Below, one piece after another: positions 27,601-38,653 of a DNA stretch of 64,000 nucleotides. This stretch comes from Octopus vulgaris (Eukaryota), in contig OX597837.1 in NCBI GenBank assembly GCA_951406725.2, forward strand, positions 16,740,001 to 16,804,000, written 5' to 3'. Within the stretch, counting starts at the first letter, position 1; every line of letters starts with the position of its first letter. Below the pieces are notes generated by a model that was not told the DNA's origin, searched no databases, and saw only the letters and a program-made list of their open reading frames with translations. The position numbers and the translations under genes were made by a program.

Positions 27601-28717
27601 GTTGGCTCCGGTCATCTGCGAGCCCTTAACACGTCTATTCAATATGTCATTGGCGACGAGTGTTATACCTGCGGACTGGAGAACAGCGATAATCTGCCCA
27701 ATTTTCAAGAAAGAGAGCCGCGAAGACCCGCTTAACTACCGACCGGTTTCCCTTACATCAATAATCAGCAAGATGTTCGAAACCATCCTTAAGAAAAGTA
27801 TGATGCTCCACCTCCAAAACACAGCCTCTATCTCTGATTCCCAACACGGCTTCGTGCCGAAGAGATCATGCTTGACCAACTTACTGGTAATGGAAGAATT
27901 GGTGACGCGCATCCTCGATGATAGTGATGCTGTTGACATCGTTTTATTGGATTTTCCAAAGCTTTTGACTCGGTAAACCACCGCCTATTACTTGTCAAGC
28001 TTCAAGCATATAGTTTCCATCCAGATATTGTACGATGGGTTGGTGCCTTCCTCTCAGATCGCTCCTTCCAAGTCCAAGTTAATGGTTCGCGGTCCGACGT
28101 CTCCAGTGCGAGCAGTGGCGTGCCTCAAGGTTCAGTGCTTGGGCCCTTATTGTTCTTAGTCTTCATAAATGACTTGCCCGACGGTCTCACGCAACACACC
28201 CTTCTATTTGCCGACGATATCAAACTGGTCGCTCCTCGCGGTGATATAGAGGATCTTCGTCGATGCCTCCACCAAATTTGGAAGTGGTTTAACGAATGGG
28301 ACCTATGTCTGAACGTGTCAAAATGCTGTCATCTGCCTGTTGGCTCTCCTCCTGCAACTCAACTTGATTTCGAGCCGCTGGAGAGGACCGATCAGGTAAA
28401 GGACCTGGGTATCTTGGTGGATTCCTCCTTTTCGCCTTCGGCCCAGTGCGTCCATGCTGCCAACAAAGCACTACCTGCGACGATTTCATCTCAATCGAAG
28501 GAGAGGAGCTTTCTCCGTCCGGGTTGCGGATCCGTGGAACAAGCTGCCAGACGAGATGGTGGAGATGCCGACGACCGCTTTGTTCAAAGCCTCCTTGACC
28601 TCAAGTGGCCTGAACTCTTTACATGAACACCACCCTGTACTTAACTCCATGTCCCCCTACATGGCCTTGCTATTTGCTTTTGAGCCAAATTAACTAACTA
28701 ACTAACTAACTAACTAA
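24605..28717 (+). mobile_element. Near full-length two-ORF CR1-type LINE with (TAAC)n tail
   Basis: ORF1 24959-26128; ORF2 pieces YTNSCSL, AITETWL, YRPP, GDFNAPTIDW, KSDHA, NYRPVSLTS, QHGF, QGSVLGPLLF, FADD; tail TAACTAACTAAC at 28691-28717; 5' boundary approximate. Confidence 0.92.
24959..26128 (+). CDS. CR1 ORF1 protein (389 aa; coiled coil plus RRM-like region)
   Basis: Open frame; N-terminal heptads LNEQLLLLKQEVEHLK; C-terminal RLGRF..RPRPIRVIF typical of LINE ORF1. Confidence 0.8.
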   Translation: MSATYRSKLRSARRASHQDDGPTNSQLNEQLLLLKQEVEHLKSVVALLLNKQSPIDAESPLISSLETSKPKGTKSKWPKKAKEPAVVSAHDRSCADSSSSAFSVPEVPQPNLRSVDSNPPEDRCSPQKKKRSQNSSGADLAMKPDHDKICLDSPSLVLPINAIAQPILNDLDVSSSGEWCSPKPKKRQCSSKPGGKIMTTKPIPIDPTCRRKSDGYETTLSKSSNEESNTAAHSREHFAHSRSAIIYGKAESTCDTGINRLKEDINFVSILVGELFSVNENVSIHKVARLGRFQANPTSDTRPRPIRVIFSSDREASAFLNRAQTHAWEDPNMGFREEYSLRERIRRRNLISELKMRKQMGEKGLRIQDGQIIKSYLWSHAVVLTGKVK

Positions 28718-28855
28718 TATATCCCTTTGATCGATGTAAATCCCACCTATTTTTGTGTGTTATAACTCATCCTTTAATACTGTCCTCCATGCCTTAAGCC
28801 CTTGTGTTCAATGAAAGAAACTATTATTGTTGTTGTTGTTGTTGTTGTTATTAAT

Positions 28856-28896
<41 letters not shown>

Positions 28897-28898
28897 TA

Positions 28899-29765
28899 CA
28901 AGGTGGTATCAAAAAGTTCCTGGACTAGTTATGCTTAAAAATAATTCATTTACCAAAGTTTAGCATCATTTCCTTCGAAATAGTCACCTTGCGCAGCAAT
29001 ACACCAGTCTCAGCATTCCTGCCAGTTTTGGAATCTGGCCTGGAGGTTGTTTTCTGTGAGCAAGTTGAGGACCTTTTTCATCTTTGGAAAAAGATGAAAG
29101 TCTGCAGGTGCTAAATCTGGCAAATAAGGCATGTGCTGAAGTGATACCATGTTGGTTTTGGTGAGAAACTCATGGGTAAGGAGAGGTCATTGTTGGCGTA
29201 AAAATCCAGTTCTTGATGCTCCACAGATCCAGTCGCTTTCATCGAATGTCCTCCCTCAAACTCTTCAAAACATCGTAGTGGAACTCTTGATTCAGAGTCT
29301 GTTCCTGGGGAATGAATTCTCAATGCACAATACTGCAGATGTTGAAATAAACGATGAGCATGCTCTTGATTGAGCTGCAACTCTGTCATTCATTCTTTGG
29401 TCCACTGTGATGACTGCTGCTTTATCTCAGGATCGTGCCCATAGACCCAACTCTCATCACCAGTGATGATCCTTGACATGAAGGATGGGTCATTGGAGAT
29501 TCAGATAGACTTTGATGTGATGTTATTTCTGCTCAGTGGTCGGCAGGTAGGAGACAAACTTGGCAGAGACACACTGCATTTTCAATTCAGATGTTAGGAT
29601 TGCGTGCACAGACTCATACGACAGACCAACAATATCAGCAATGCCAGTGATTATCCTACGACAATCCTCATACACAACCTGAGAAATTTTTACCACATTT
29701 TCAGGGCTGACACTCATGGTAGGTCTTCCATGGTAGGAGTCTTGAGAGGGTTGTTTGACATGTAA
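28899..29765 (-). mobile_element. Mariner transposon remnant
   Basis: TA + TIR CAAGGTGGTATCAAAAAGTTCC; minus ORF GRPTMSVSPENVVKISQVVYEDCRR..IADIVGLSYESVHAILTSELKMQCVSAKFV; ITGDESW-like and PADF motifs. Confidence 0.85.
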
Positions 29766-30029
29766 CAAATAGCTACCAATTCCTCTTAATTACATCCTGC
29801 CATCTTAAAAAAGATTATCTAAAACTTCTTTAGGTAATACAACATTTGGAAATAATATGAGATGGAATACACCTTTTATCATAGGTTAACTCAGGGTTGA
29901 CCTTGGGTTAAATTACTACAAATGAATGAATTTCATTCAGAAAATAAATTGTAAATATTTTTCTTTCTTTTTTTCCTTCCTTCTATTAGTTAGAACATAC
30001 TATTGAAATGGTTTTAAAAGGTCTGTGAC

Positions 30030-30439
30030 GAAACAAAAAACTGAGCAAGTATAAAGATCTTGAAATAGAAATTAGCAAAATATGGAACTTGAAGACTAAA
30101 ACAATACCTGTTGTCATAGGTGCCCTGGGAATGATAGCAAAAAGGGCTGATTACTATCTAGCTCAGATACCAGGAAATCCCAAAATGGCAGAAATTCAAA
30201 AGACAGTGCTCATGGGAACTGTTCATATCCTACGCAAAATACTTTCTATGTAATCTCAAGGTTTAAAACAAACAATTTTTTTAAAATTTAATTTAATTTT
30301 TTTTATTTATTTATTAGACATTCACTAGTACAACACCCCCCCCCCCAAATATATGGCCCACTAGCCTGTTGTCTCTTGAGGTCTCTGGGTGAGACTTGGA
30401 GCCAACTTGTACAAATATGAAGCAAAAGTCAAACATAGA
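30030..30439 (+). mobile_element. R4/Dong-type LINE 3' end
   Basis: KLSKYKDLEIEISK..KTIPVVIGALG..QKTVLMGTVHILRK*, then UTR and (TAA)n. Confidence 0.8.
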
Positions 30440-30459
30440 ATAATAATAATAATAATAAT

Positions 30460-30501
<42 letters not shown>

Positions 30502-30504
30502 AAC

Positions 30505-30562
<58 letters not shown>
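30440..30562. repeat. (AAT)n(AAC)n(AAT)n microsatellite
   Basis: Seen directly. Confidence 0.95.
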
Positions 30563-30565
<3 letters not shown>

Positions 30566-31392
30566 GCAGAGAGCGAAGGTTTCATCCTGACTGCTCAAGA
30601 TCAAAGCCGGAACTACCAGGCCAATGTGATGGAAAATGGAGCAGACCCAAAATGCCGATTCTGCAACGACATGATTGAAACAGTGGACCACCTAATCTCT
30701 GGATGTAAAGTCTTAGCACCAGTGGAGTATAAATTAAGACATGACAGAGTTGGCCAATATCTACACTGGCTAATAAGTCGGCATTACAATATCAAAACTG
30801 CCGACAAGTGGTATAATCACCACCCTGAAGCTGTAACTGAAGGAGAAAATGTAACGATTATGTGGGACTTTCCAGTACATACAGACCGAACCATCAAAGC
30901 CAATAAACCGGATATTGTTGTGAAAGATCAAAACAATAAAGTTTGCTTATTGATCGACATGAGCATCCCCTGTGATCATAATATCTCGGCGAAAGAATTT
31001 GACAAGCTCAGAAAATATAAAGACCTGCTCATTGAAATTGAGAAAATGTGGCATCTCAAGGCGGTTACAATACCAGTGATCGTAGGAGCACTACGATCAA
31101 GAAGGGAACCGAAAATTATATGAGAATGATCCCTGGCTTACCATCCCTGCAAGAAGTGCAAAAGATTGTCTTAACTGGTACATCACACGTATTGAGAAGA
31201 GGATTGTTGATGTGAGAACTATTACTACCCATGTATTTTAATTTAACTTTATTTCTATCAAAAAAAAAAAATGAACGAACTAGTGAGTTTAGTTTAATGG
31301 CCTACCAATGTATACTATGAGTTTCTTTGCCCTAGGAGTCGGGAAGACACTCGGCAAGAAATGGAAGCAAATTTGAAAGAAGAAAAACCCAT
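30563..31392 (+). mobile_element. R4/Dong-type LINE 3' fragment (CCHC + restriction-like endonuclease) between two (TAA)n tracts
   Basis: ESEGFILTAQDQS, CRFC..ETVDHLISGC, RHD, WDFPVHTD, KPDIVV, LIDMSIP, K..KY. Confidence 0.92.
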
Positions 31393-31436
31393 AAATAATA
31401 ATAATAATAATAGTAATAATAGTAATAATAGTAATA

Positions 31437-31500
<64 letters not shown>

Positions 31501-31519
31501 TAATAATAATAATAATAAT

Positions 31520-31590
<71 letters not shown>
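31393..31590. repeat. (AAT)n microsatellite
   Basis: Seen directly. Confidence 0.97.
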
Positions 31591-31591
<1 letters not shown>

Positions 31592-31735
31592 CTCTTCTAC
31601 TCTAGGCACAAGACTCGAAAGTTTTGGGAGAGGGGCCCAGTCGATTAGATCGACCCTCAGTACACAACTGGTACTCAATTTATCGACTCCGAAAGGATGA
31701 AAAGCAAAGTCGACCTCAGCGGAATTTGAACTCAG
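31591..31735 (-). mobile_element. SINE fragment with Meta-like domain
   Basis: Minus: GAGTTCAAATTCCGCTGAGGTCGACTTTGCTTTTCATCCTTTCGGAGTCGATAAATTGAGTACCAG, then (ATT)n tail. Confidence 0.75.
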
Positions 31736-34700
31736 AAGCTTGACAAGTATTTTTGTCATCAAAACTACTGTCTTTGTTGATATTATTGTTTAAAAGGGAG
31801 TATAAAATAATAGTCTTAATGATAACGAATCCAAAAGCACCACATACTCTATGGACAGAGATGAAATTAACCGCAAAGAACAAAGAAGTAATCTTGCAGA
31901 GAAAAGTGACACAGTGGAGAACACACAATCACTCGATAGTCGAATAGACAACAAAAATGTAACTGCTAACTCCCCAATTGGAAATAATGTGGAAAATACC
32001 ATGATAACTGATATCAACACAGAAAATAACAACTCCAACAACACGGAGCAGAGAAGCATAAAAGAAAGCAATAACAGAATGAATAACGACAACAAAAATA
32101 TCGATGAGAACAACCAATACCAACGTCAACACCAGCAACAGGAAGGCGGGCGTATTTGGAAGTAATAATAGCAGTAATAACGTGAACGATTCCACTCCCA
32201 CCATCAGTAGTGAGAGCGGAACAAGTACTTTTGCAGCAGCAGCTGTGAAATGCCAACAAAAGTACTATGAGATAACCATATCCAACAAAAAAGAAATGTT
32301 AGCCCAGGCCCACAAACTCATTAAAAGCGATAAAACCTGGGCTAACCTTGCAATCCCAGCTGAAGTGGGGGCGGAAATTAAGAGGAGCACACTAAAGTAT
32401 CTCGGTGCAGTGTCGACGAGCAGAACAATCCTCCCACCTACAAGTGGAGATGACACTGAGATGGGTCAGAGAAAACGTCGTAAAACTGACCAGCTCATAA
32501 TGTACCGGTCCTGCATGGGCAGAAGAACAATAAAAGTTCAAGTCCTTGGAATAATACCAGGTATATATGGTAGGTTGTGGGATGTGTGATCGCAGAGGGA
32601 AGTGACATCCTCCTCCTAAAAGTCCAACGGACACAAAGAGAAGACTAGGTTGAGATGGATTTGGAAATGCTAATCCAAACAAAACCACAAGACTTGGAGA
32701 ACATCCCAGATCATGTCTGCCTCAAGGACGGGAGGGAATACCCCTTATCACCGAGAGCAGAAGGCTTCATTGCTTCGCCTGTGGTGAAGCAACACACTTA
32801 CAAGCATTCAGCCTTCAGCGAATAAGTACAGGAGTCCGTTGACCAATGTTGACACCAACACCAAAGCTGGAAGAACAAAAAAAAAAAAACTGTGCCAGCT
32901 GTAGAAAGATTACCGCCAACAACAGGGAAAGCAGTAAAAATAGCAGCGGCGGTAGCGGGCGTAACAACAGCACCTACAGGAAAACCGTCAGAGAGGTCAA
33001 CCACGAAAACCAACAACCTTGCAACCAAGCTCAACAACACCCCTCTCATAAACAAACACACAGAAAAAGATACACATACAAATACAAATTCAATTCCACA
33101 CAGAGAGGAGGAGGAGGTTGCATCAGACATTGCTTCTACCACATTGGAAAGTGATGATGAGGGGGAACAGAGTAAATCCAAAAAACCGAAAAGAAGTCAC
33201 AGAAATGAGACATGTTGCCCTGCACGAAAATAAGATAACAAAGAAATTACACCCCACAAAACGAACACAGACACTCAGACAACTCATGAAGTACCACAAT
33301 GATCTGCTAAAGCATTGGAAGCACCAATAACCGCACTGTAGACATAAAAATCCCCAAAGGAAACTCACACCACAAACGCAAGAACAGCAAAGATCAATGA
33401 TGCAGGCAGTTACCTTTGTGTTAGTAAGGAGGGCTAACAAAGAACTAATGGCCCTCTTATCAATAAGGGAAGACATTGAAAAAGGTGGGAGGCGGGGAAT
33501 CTTCTTGGACTAGCATGTGCAACGTGCCAAAGAACTAAATGATGGTGAACATGGATTCCCAAACAATTAGGGGTGCCTTTCCACATGATGTAAAAATCCC
33601 TCAAGTAAATGTCAATGCAAGGCTTCTATAAAGGTTCCTAAAAGAACCCAACGAAGAAATGGAGGTGGGACCATCCGATCTCCAATGGCACCATGAGAGT
33701 AAGTAGCATTCCTCATCTTTCTTTCCTTCCTTTTAGGCCAGTATGGTGGTGCTAAGAGTAGGTTGCATTACGTGGCCTGGGGTTGCTCAATAACCTCAGG
33801 TGACTCAAGTTGGATGTTATAGCCATCAGTGAGACCAGGATCGTGGAAGCATGCACCTTAACACCCATTTTTGGCGATTTTGAGATCTTTGCATCTCTTA
33901 GTCGACCAGGAATGGTAGATGAGGTGGCGGTATTGTTCAGAAAAGACCTGGACTCAAGATAGGGTTGATCTTCCTGGACTCAGAAGGTAAGCCAGTGGTC
34001 CTAGATGTGAACGATAATGAAGCTAATGCTTTTATACTGGTCACTCTGTTGTGTTTAGTGGGTGACTGGAACGCCATCTTCGATGCATGTGTGGATTGGG
34101 CGGAGCTAGCAAATAGAAAACGGGGTACGAAAGCCTTGCAAACCTGCTCAGTCGATTCCAACTGGCTGACAGGTTCAAACTGGATTACCTGTATGCCCAA
34201 GTGTGGACATGGGCTTTAGCATCAGGTCATCCAGGTCTTATCTTGATAGGGTGTTTTGTAGGCCAGCAGATAAGGAAAGCATAGGTTGTATACAATTCGA
34301 ACTAGTCAGCTATAAATATCACAGATTTGACCTTGATAGGCTTCATTGGCAGGCTACCGAGATACTGGAAGCTGAGCTCATCCTTCCCGGCACACCAAGA
34401 TTTCAGAACGACTTAACAAGTTAGTCCATCAAGAGTCGACGGGTGCAGTCAACAACCGATGGTGGGTAGCCCTAAAACGTCGATGATAGTAGATGCTGTA
34501 GTATTTTGTCGAGAACTAATGATAGAGAAAACTAGAGTGGAGGGAGACCTAGTTAGGAAATCAGAAGCGACATTCAGTAGAGGCATAGCGACCGACGTGC
34601 TGGCGGCGAGATAGGTTCTGAACCAATTCTTCAGAACCAAGCATGGAGGTTGCAGTGTCAGAACTAGGGCATGTGCACTTAAACAGGAGGGAATGAAAGC

Positions 34701-36950
34701 CATTCGATGGGCCTGGGTGAGCAATACGCAAAGTGGTAATAAAACTAAATTCGGTCTTTGAGGAGTCAGGATGGGCCCATGCTACACAAGTCCAAACAGG
34801 TCTATGCAGAATTTCAGCGGCACTTTGTTAAACTGTACAGGGTGTGTGGTGGTCTGGAGGCAGAGGTGAACTTCACTTCCTACTTCGATGGTCTGCCGTG
34901 GCTTTCGGCCAACGATGTGGAGTGATGCGAAATGCCGATAACAACTGAAGATATACGTGTTGCATTAGCTACTTGCACGAGGGAGAAGTCTCCGGGATTG
35001 GATGGTCTACATTTCGTGCTTTATAATCGTATGCAAGACTTGTTTAGTGAGCTTTTATGAGGTGTCTACTGCAACTGGCAGCAAAATGAGAGAAACTCCA
35101 TATTTGTGAGCCTAGGTGTGGTGACGCTACTTAGAAAGAATCTGAACAAGGGTGACATTGTTGATAACTTTAGGCCTGTAACTCTGTTAAATGCAAATTA
35201 CAAAATTTTGGCCGAGGTATTAGCAAAGAGGCTAGCGCTTGTCGTTGACAGACTGGTGGATGATGTGCAGACTTGCACTATCCCCGACTGATCTAACCAC
35301 AACAACCTCCACCTCACACGATACATAATAGAGAGGATTGGTAAAGATCCTGGCATAGGTAGGGCACTATCGAGAGCTTTTGATAGGGTGAACCATCGGT
35401 ACTTGGAGGCTGTCCTTAAGGTGGCTGGTTTTGGTTCCGTTTTCAGAGGCTGGATCGCTGCAATGTACAGCGACATCTTTTCGGTGGTCAAAGTAAATGT
35501 CAGGATCATTTAGCATCGCACATTCGGTTTGACATTGTTGTCCACTCTCACTCCTTCTCTACCTACTGGCACTCGAGCCATTACTGCGGAAGCTGGATGT
35601 TTTGAGGGGCATCCGGCGTAAACTAGGATGCGGAAGGTTCGTGTTGGCATATGCAGATGACGTCAACGTGATGGTGTCAAACATCTCGGAAATCGAGATG
35701 GTCGGCACTATCCTAAAGGAATACGAAGCAGTAACAGGAGCAATGATTAACCAGAAGTGAGTGGGCTTACAGCTCGGCACGTGGAGAGGCAGATCCTTAC
35801 CGACAGACAGCGTTGTGGGGTGCTGGAAGAAGAACTATTTAAGTTGCTCAGGGTCTGATTCGGTCCGGACCTCCAAGTGGACAAGAACTGGGGTGAGATG
35901 ACAGACAGGGTAGCCAGTCTCAACCAGAAATGGGCCGAGAGGAAGCTGTTCCTGAAAGGTCGGGTGGAGGTGGCGAATGCATACATCGCACCCGTCATAT
36001 ACTACTGCCTGACTGTCGTTTCTTGCTCAGCTGGTGCGCTTACACTTCTGCTTCCTGTGGAAGGGACAGGTATCGCTTGTTAGACAGTCTGTTGCATGGA
36101 GGACTGGGTTTGCCATGGCTGATGATGCGTAGACATGCACTGAGGCAGCGACATCTCCAGCAATACCTTAACAGTGAGCAGGCGTGGTTGCTGTTGGACG
36201 TGCTTTTTCGCAGCTCGTCTCCTTGACGTGGCAACAGTTCTGGATCAGGCGTCGACCGAGGAGGGTCTCTTGGCACCTAGAGTGTCTCCAAATGGTCACA
36301 GCCCTCGGCCAGTTGGGCAAGGAAGTCGATGGAAGTTCCACCTTGGAGTTCTATGGGGGATTAATGGAGGGCAAGAGTGACGATGTTCTCGGAGTGGTTC
36401 AGGGCATCAGGAGGGATCAACTGGCTGGTCTTTTCTGGAGGACTTTCAGACCGGGACCTATGGATAACTTCGAGAAATTCCTGGCCTGGTAGTGCTACTG
36501 GGGTTGGTTGGGTGGGATGGTGTGGGATTGGCTCGGCCGGTTCGCGATAAGCTCTACAGGCATGAGCTCTACAGGCTTGTCTGAGATGCACGCGGAGCGA
36601 TGAAACTGTTGTGCATGCTCTCGTACAGTTTCCACGTATTACTGACTTGTGGAGCTTTGTCGAACAGTTATTGTCATGTGTAGGATGGATCCAGTTATCG
36701 TCTGAGTTAATCGTGTTAAATCACCTCGCCTCCTTTCTTTTGGCCAGAAGGACAGGCAGTTTTTTCTCTGTTTGGTGGTTATGGCGAAAGATGTTGTGTG
36801 GTGGATGCGATTAAAAGGGTTTAAGACGGGTGCCTTCCTCTTCAGCCAAGGCCTCATTAACTTTTCAGGTGGGACCTGAAAAGGAAAGTGAGACTGGAGA
36901 GAGAGGTGCTGTCACCCAGTAAGTTTGTTGAAAGGTGGGTGAATGTGACA
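31735..36950 (+). mobile_element. Decayed near full-length Tx1/L1-type LINE (copy D); 3' end displaced to 47015-47295
   Basis: 5' UTR as in copy A; ORF1 remnants; APE (AISET, IFLDSEGK, VGDWNAI, SYLDRVF); RT (NFRPVTLLNANYKIL, AYADD); stops at GAATGTGACA (36950). Confidence 0.9.
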
Positions 36951-38262
36951 TGTTATGTTGTTTTCTTCTGCTCTAATGCTATGTTCGCATCCCATCAGTC
37001 CTACCCTCATTTTCTTGGTACATACAGTCTGTCTCTGTCACTTTTTTGGGTGAAGTATCCCATATTTAGTTAGCAACTTCCTTGTCTTTCTGTCTAAGCT
37101 ATTTAGTTCGTCTATTGCCCATGTGATTATCATTGCTCCATATCTCAGGAGTGAAACTGCCCAGGTTTTGATAGCTTCAATCTTACTCTGTCCGTTTAAC
37201 TTCGACTTAAGGATCAGTCTAAGTCTCCGCAAGTACTCCACTTCAAATTTTTCTGTCATTTCTTTCTCCATCAATTTATCCATTTCCAGTATCTCCATGT
37301 ACTTATAGCTCGCCTTTTCAATTTGCTCCGTAACCTCTCCCGACGGTATCGCTAGCCCGTCCATACATTCAATTTTGCTTGCCTTCAAGGCGAACACACC
37401 ACACTTTTTCAATCTAAACTCCATTATGATATCAGCACTGAAAGTATACTCCGTATCAACGAGGGAACTGACTTGTGATTCATCTTTACCATAAAGTTTG
37501 AGGTCATCCATGAATAACAAGTGATTCATATTTTGTTGGCGGCTTTTGAATACATACATACCCAGTGTTTGCTTTCCTCAGATTCAGTGTGAGTGGTATC
37601 ATGCACAGCACAAAGATCATTGAGGACAGGCAATCCCCTTGGAAGATGCCTTTCCTGATTTCTATTGTCCCTAAACTTCTATATGCTGTCAGGTCCGTCC
37701 TCCGCTTCGCCATACTTTTTCCAAGCAATCGCTCAACATTCAGTGCAATACCAAATAGGTTCATACATTCCATAATCCAACAACGTGTGATCATATTGTA
37801 TGCCGTACGATAATCTAACCATGACATGACTAAGTTACTTTTCCTCCTCTTGCAGTCTCTAAGTGCAGTTTTGTCTACCAGGAGTTGATCCTTGGTACCT
37901 CTACACTTACGCTTGCACCCCTTCTGCTCACGTGGCAGGATTCCATTTTCCCCCAGATGTCCTTACATTGACTCTGCGAGTATTCCAGTCAATAATTTCC
38001 TCAATAAGTGGCAAGCAGGATATCGGCCTGTAATTGTCTACCCATTGCCTTTTTTGATGTTTTTCAAGCACAGCACTGTCCTACTCATTGTCAGCCACTC
38101 TGCTGCTACTTGGTCAGCATTTAACAAGGTGTTGAGTTGTGCAGGTATTCGTGCATGACATCCACCAAATCTTTTGATCCAGTAGCCATGAACTCCATCT
38201 GGTCCCGGGGCCTTCCAGTTGCCCATTTTTGGGCTGATTTCCTTCACTTCCCTAACTGAAAT
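36951..38262 (-). mobile_element. Internal RT fragment of an R4/Dong-type LINE
   Basis: [52 protein letters not shown]; neither end is a natural terminus. Confidence 0.88.
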
Positions 38263-38268
38263 GCCCGT

Positions 38269-38337
38269 GGGCATATGGCGTAGTGGTTAAGAATTCGATT
38301 CCAGGCAGTGACCTGAATAATAATAATAATAACAATA

Positions 38338-38374
<37 letters not shown>

Positions 38375-38375
38375 T
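38269..38375 (+). mobile_element. tRNA-derived SINE head plus internal (AAT)n (5' half of a split SINE)
   Basis: A box TGGCGTAGTGG (38276-38286), B box TTCGATTCC (38294-38302), then GCAGTGACCTG(AAT)n. Confidence 0.75.
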
Positions 38376-38653
38376 CAATTCTTTTTTATTGGCCACAAGG
38401 GCTGACACGCATGATTACATAAAGGGACAAGACAGGACGAAAGGTTACAAAGGGTTTTGCCGTTTTTTAAAAACATCGAGTAAAAATCTTTATAACAACT
38501 TATAAAATTCAACAATGAAAAACTCCCAAAAGGGGGAGACGTCTCGAAAGGTTCCTGGTGGAAAAAACCCTACAAAAGCCAACGGGAGCCTGGTCAAAAA
38601 AAAGGGGGTGTATAGAGTCCCCTTTCTTCTCCTTTTGTATTACCTTTTTGAAA

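Noticed and set aside
30314-31762. PolyI/polyN/polyT/polyY ORFs, including the apparent N-terminus of the 244-aa ORF
   Set aside because: Trinucleotide microsatellite read-through into a Dong fragment.
38269-38315. tRNA gene
   Set aside because: A and B boxes only ~7 bp apart, no anticodon arm or acceptor stem; it is a SINE head.
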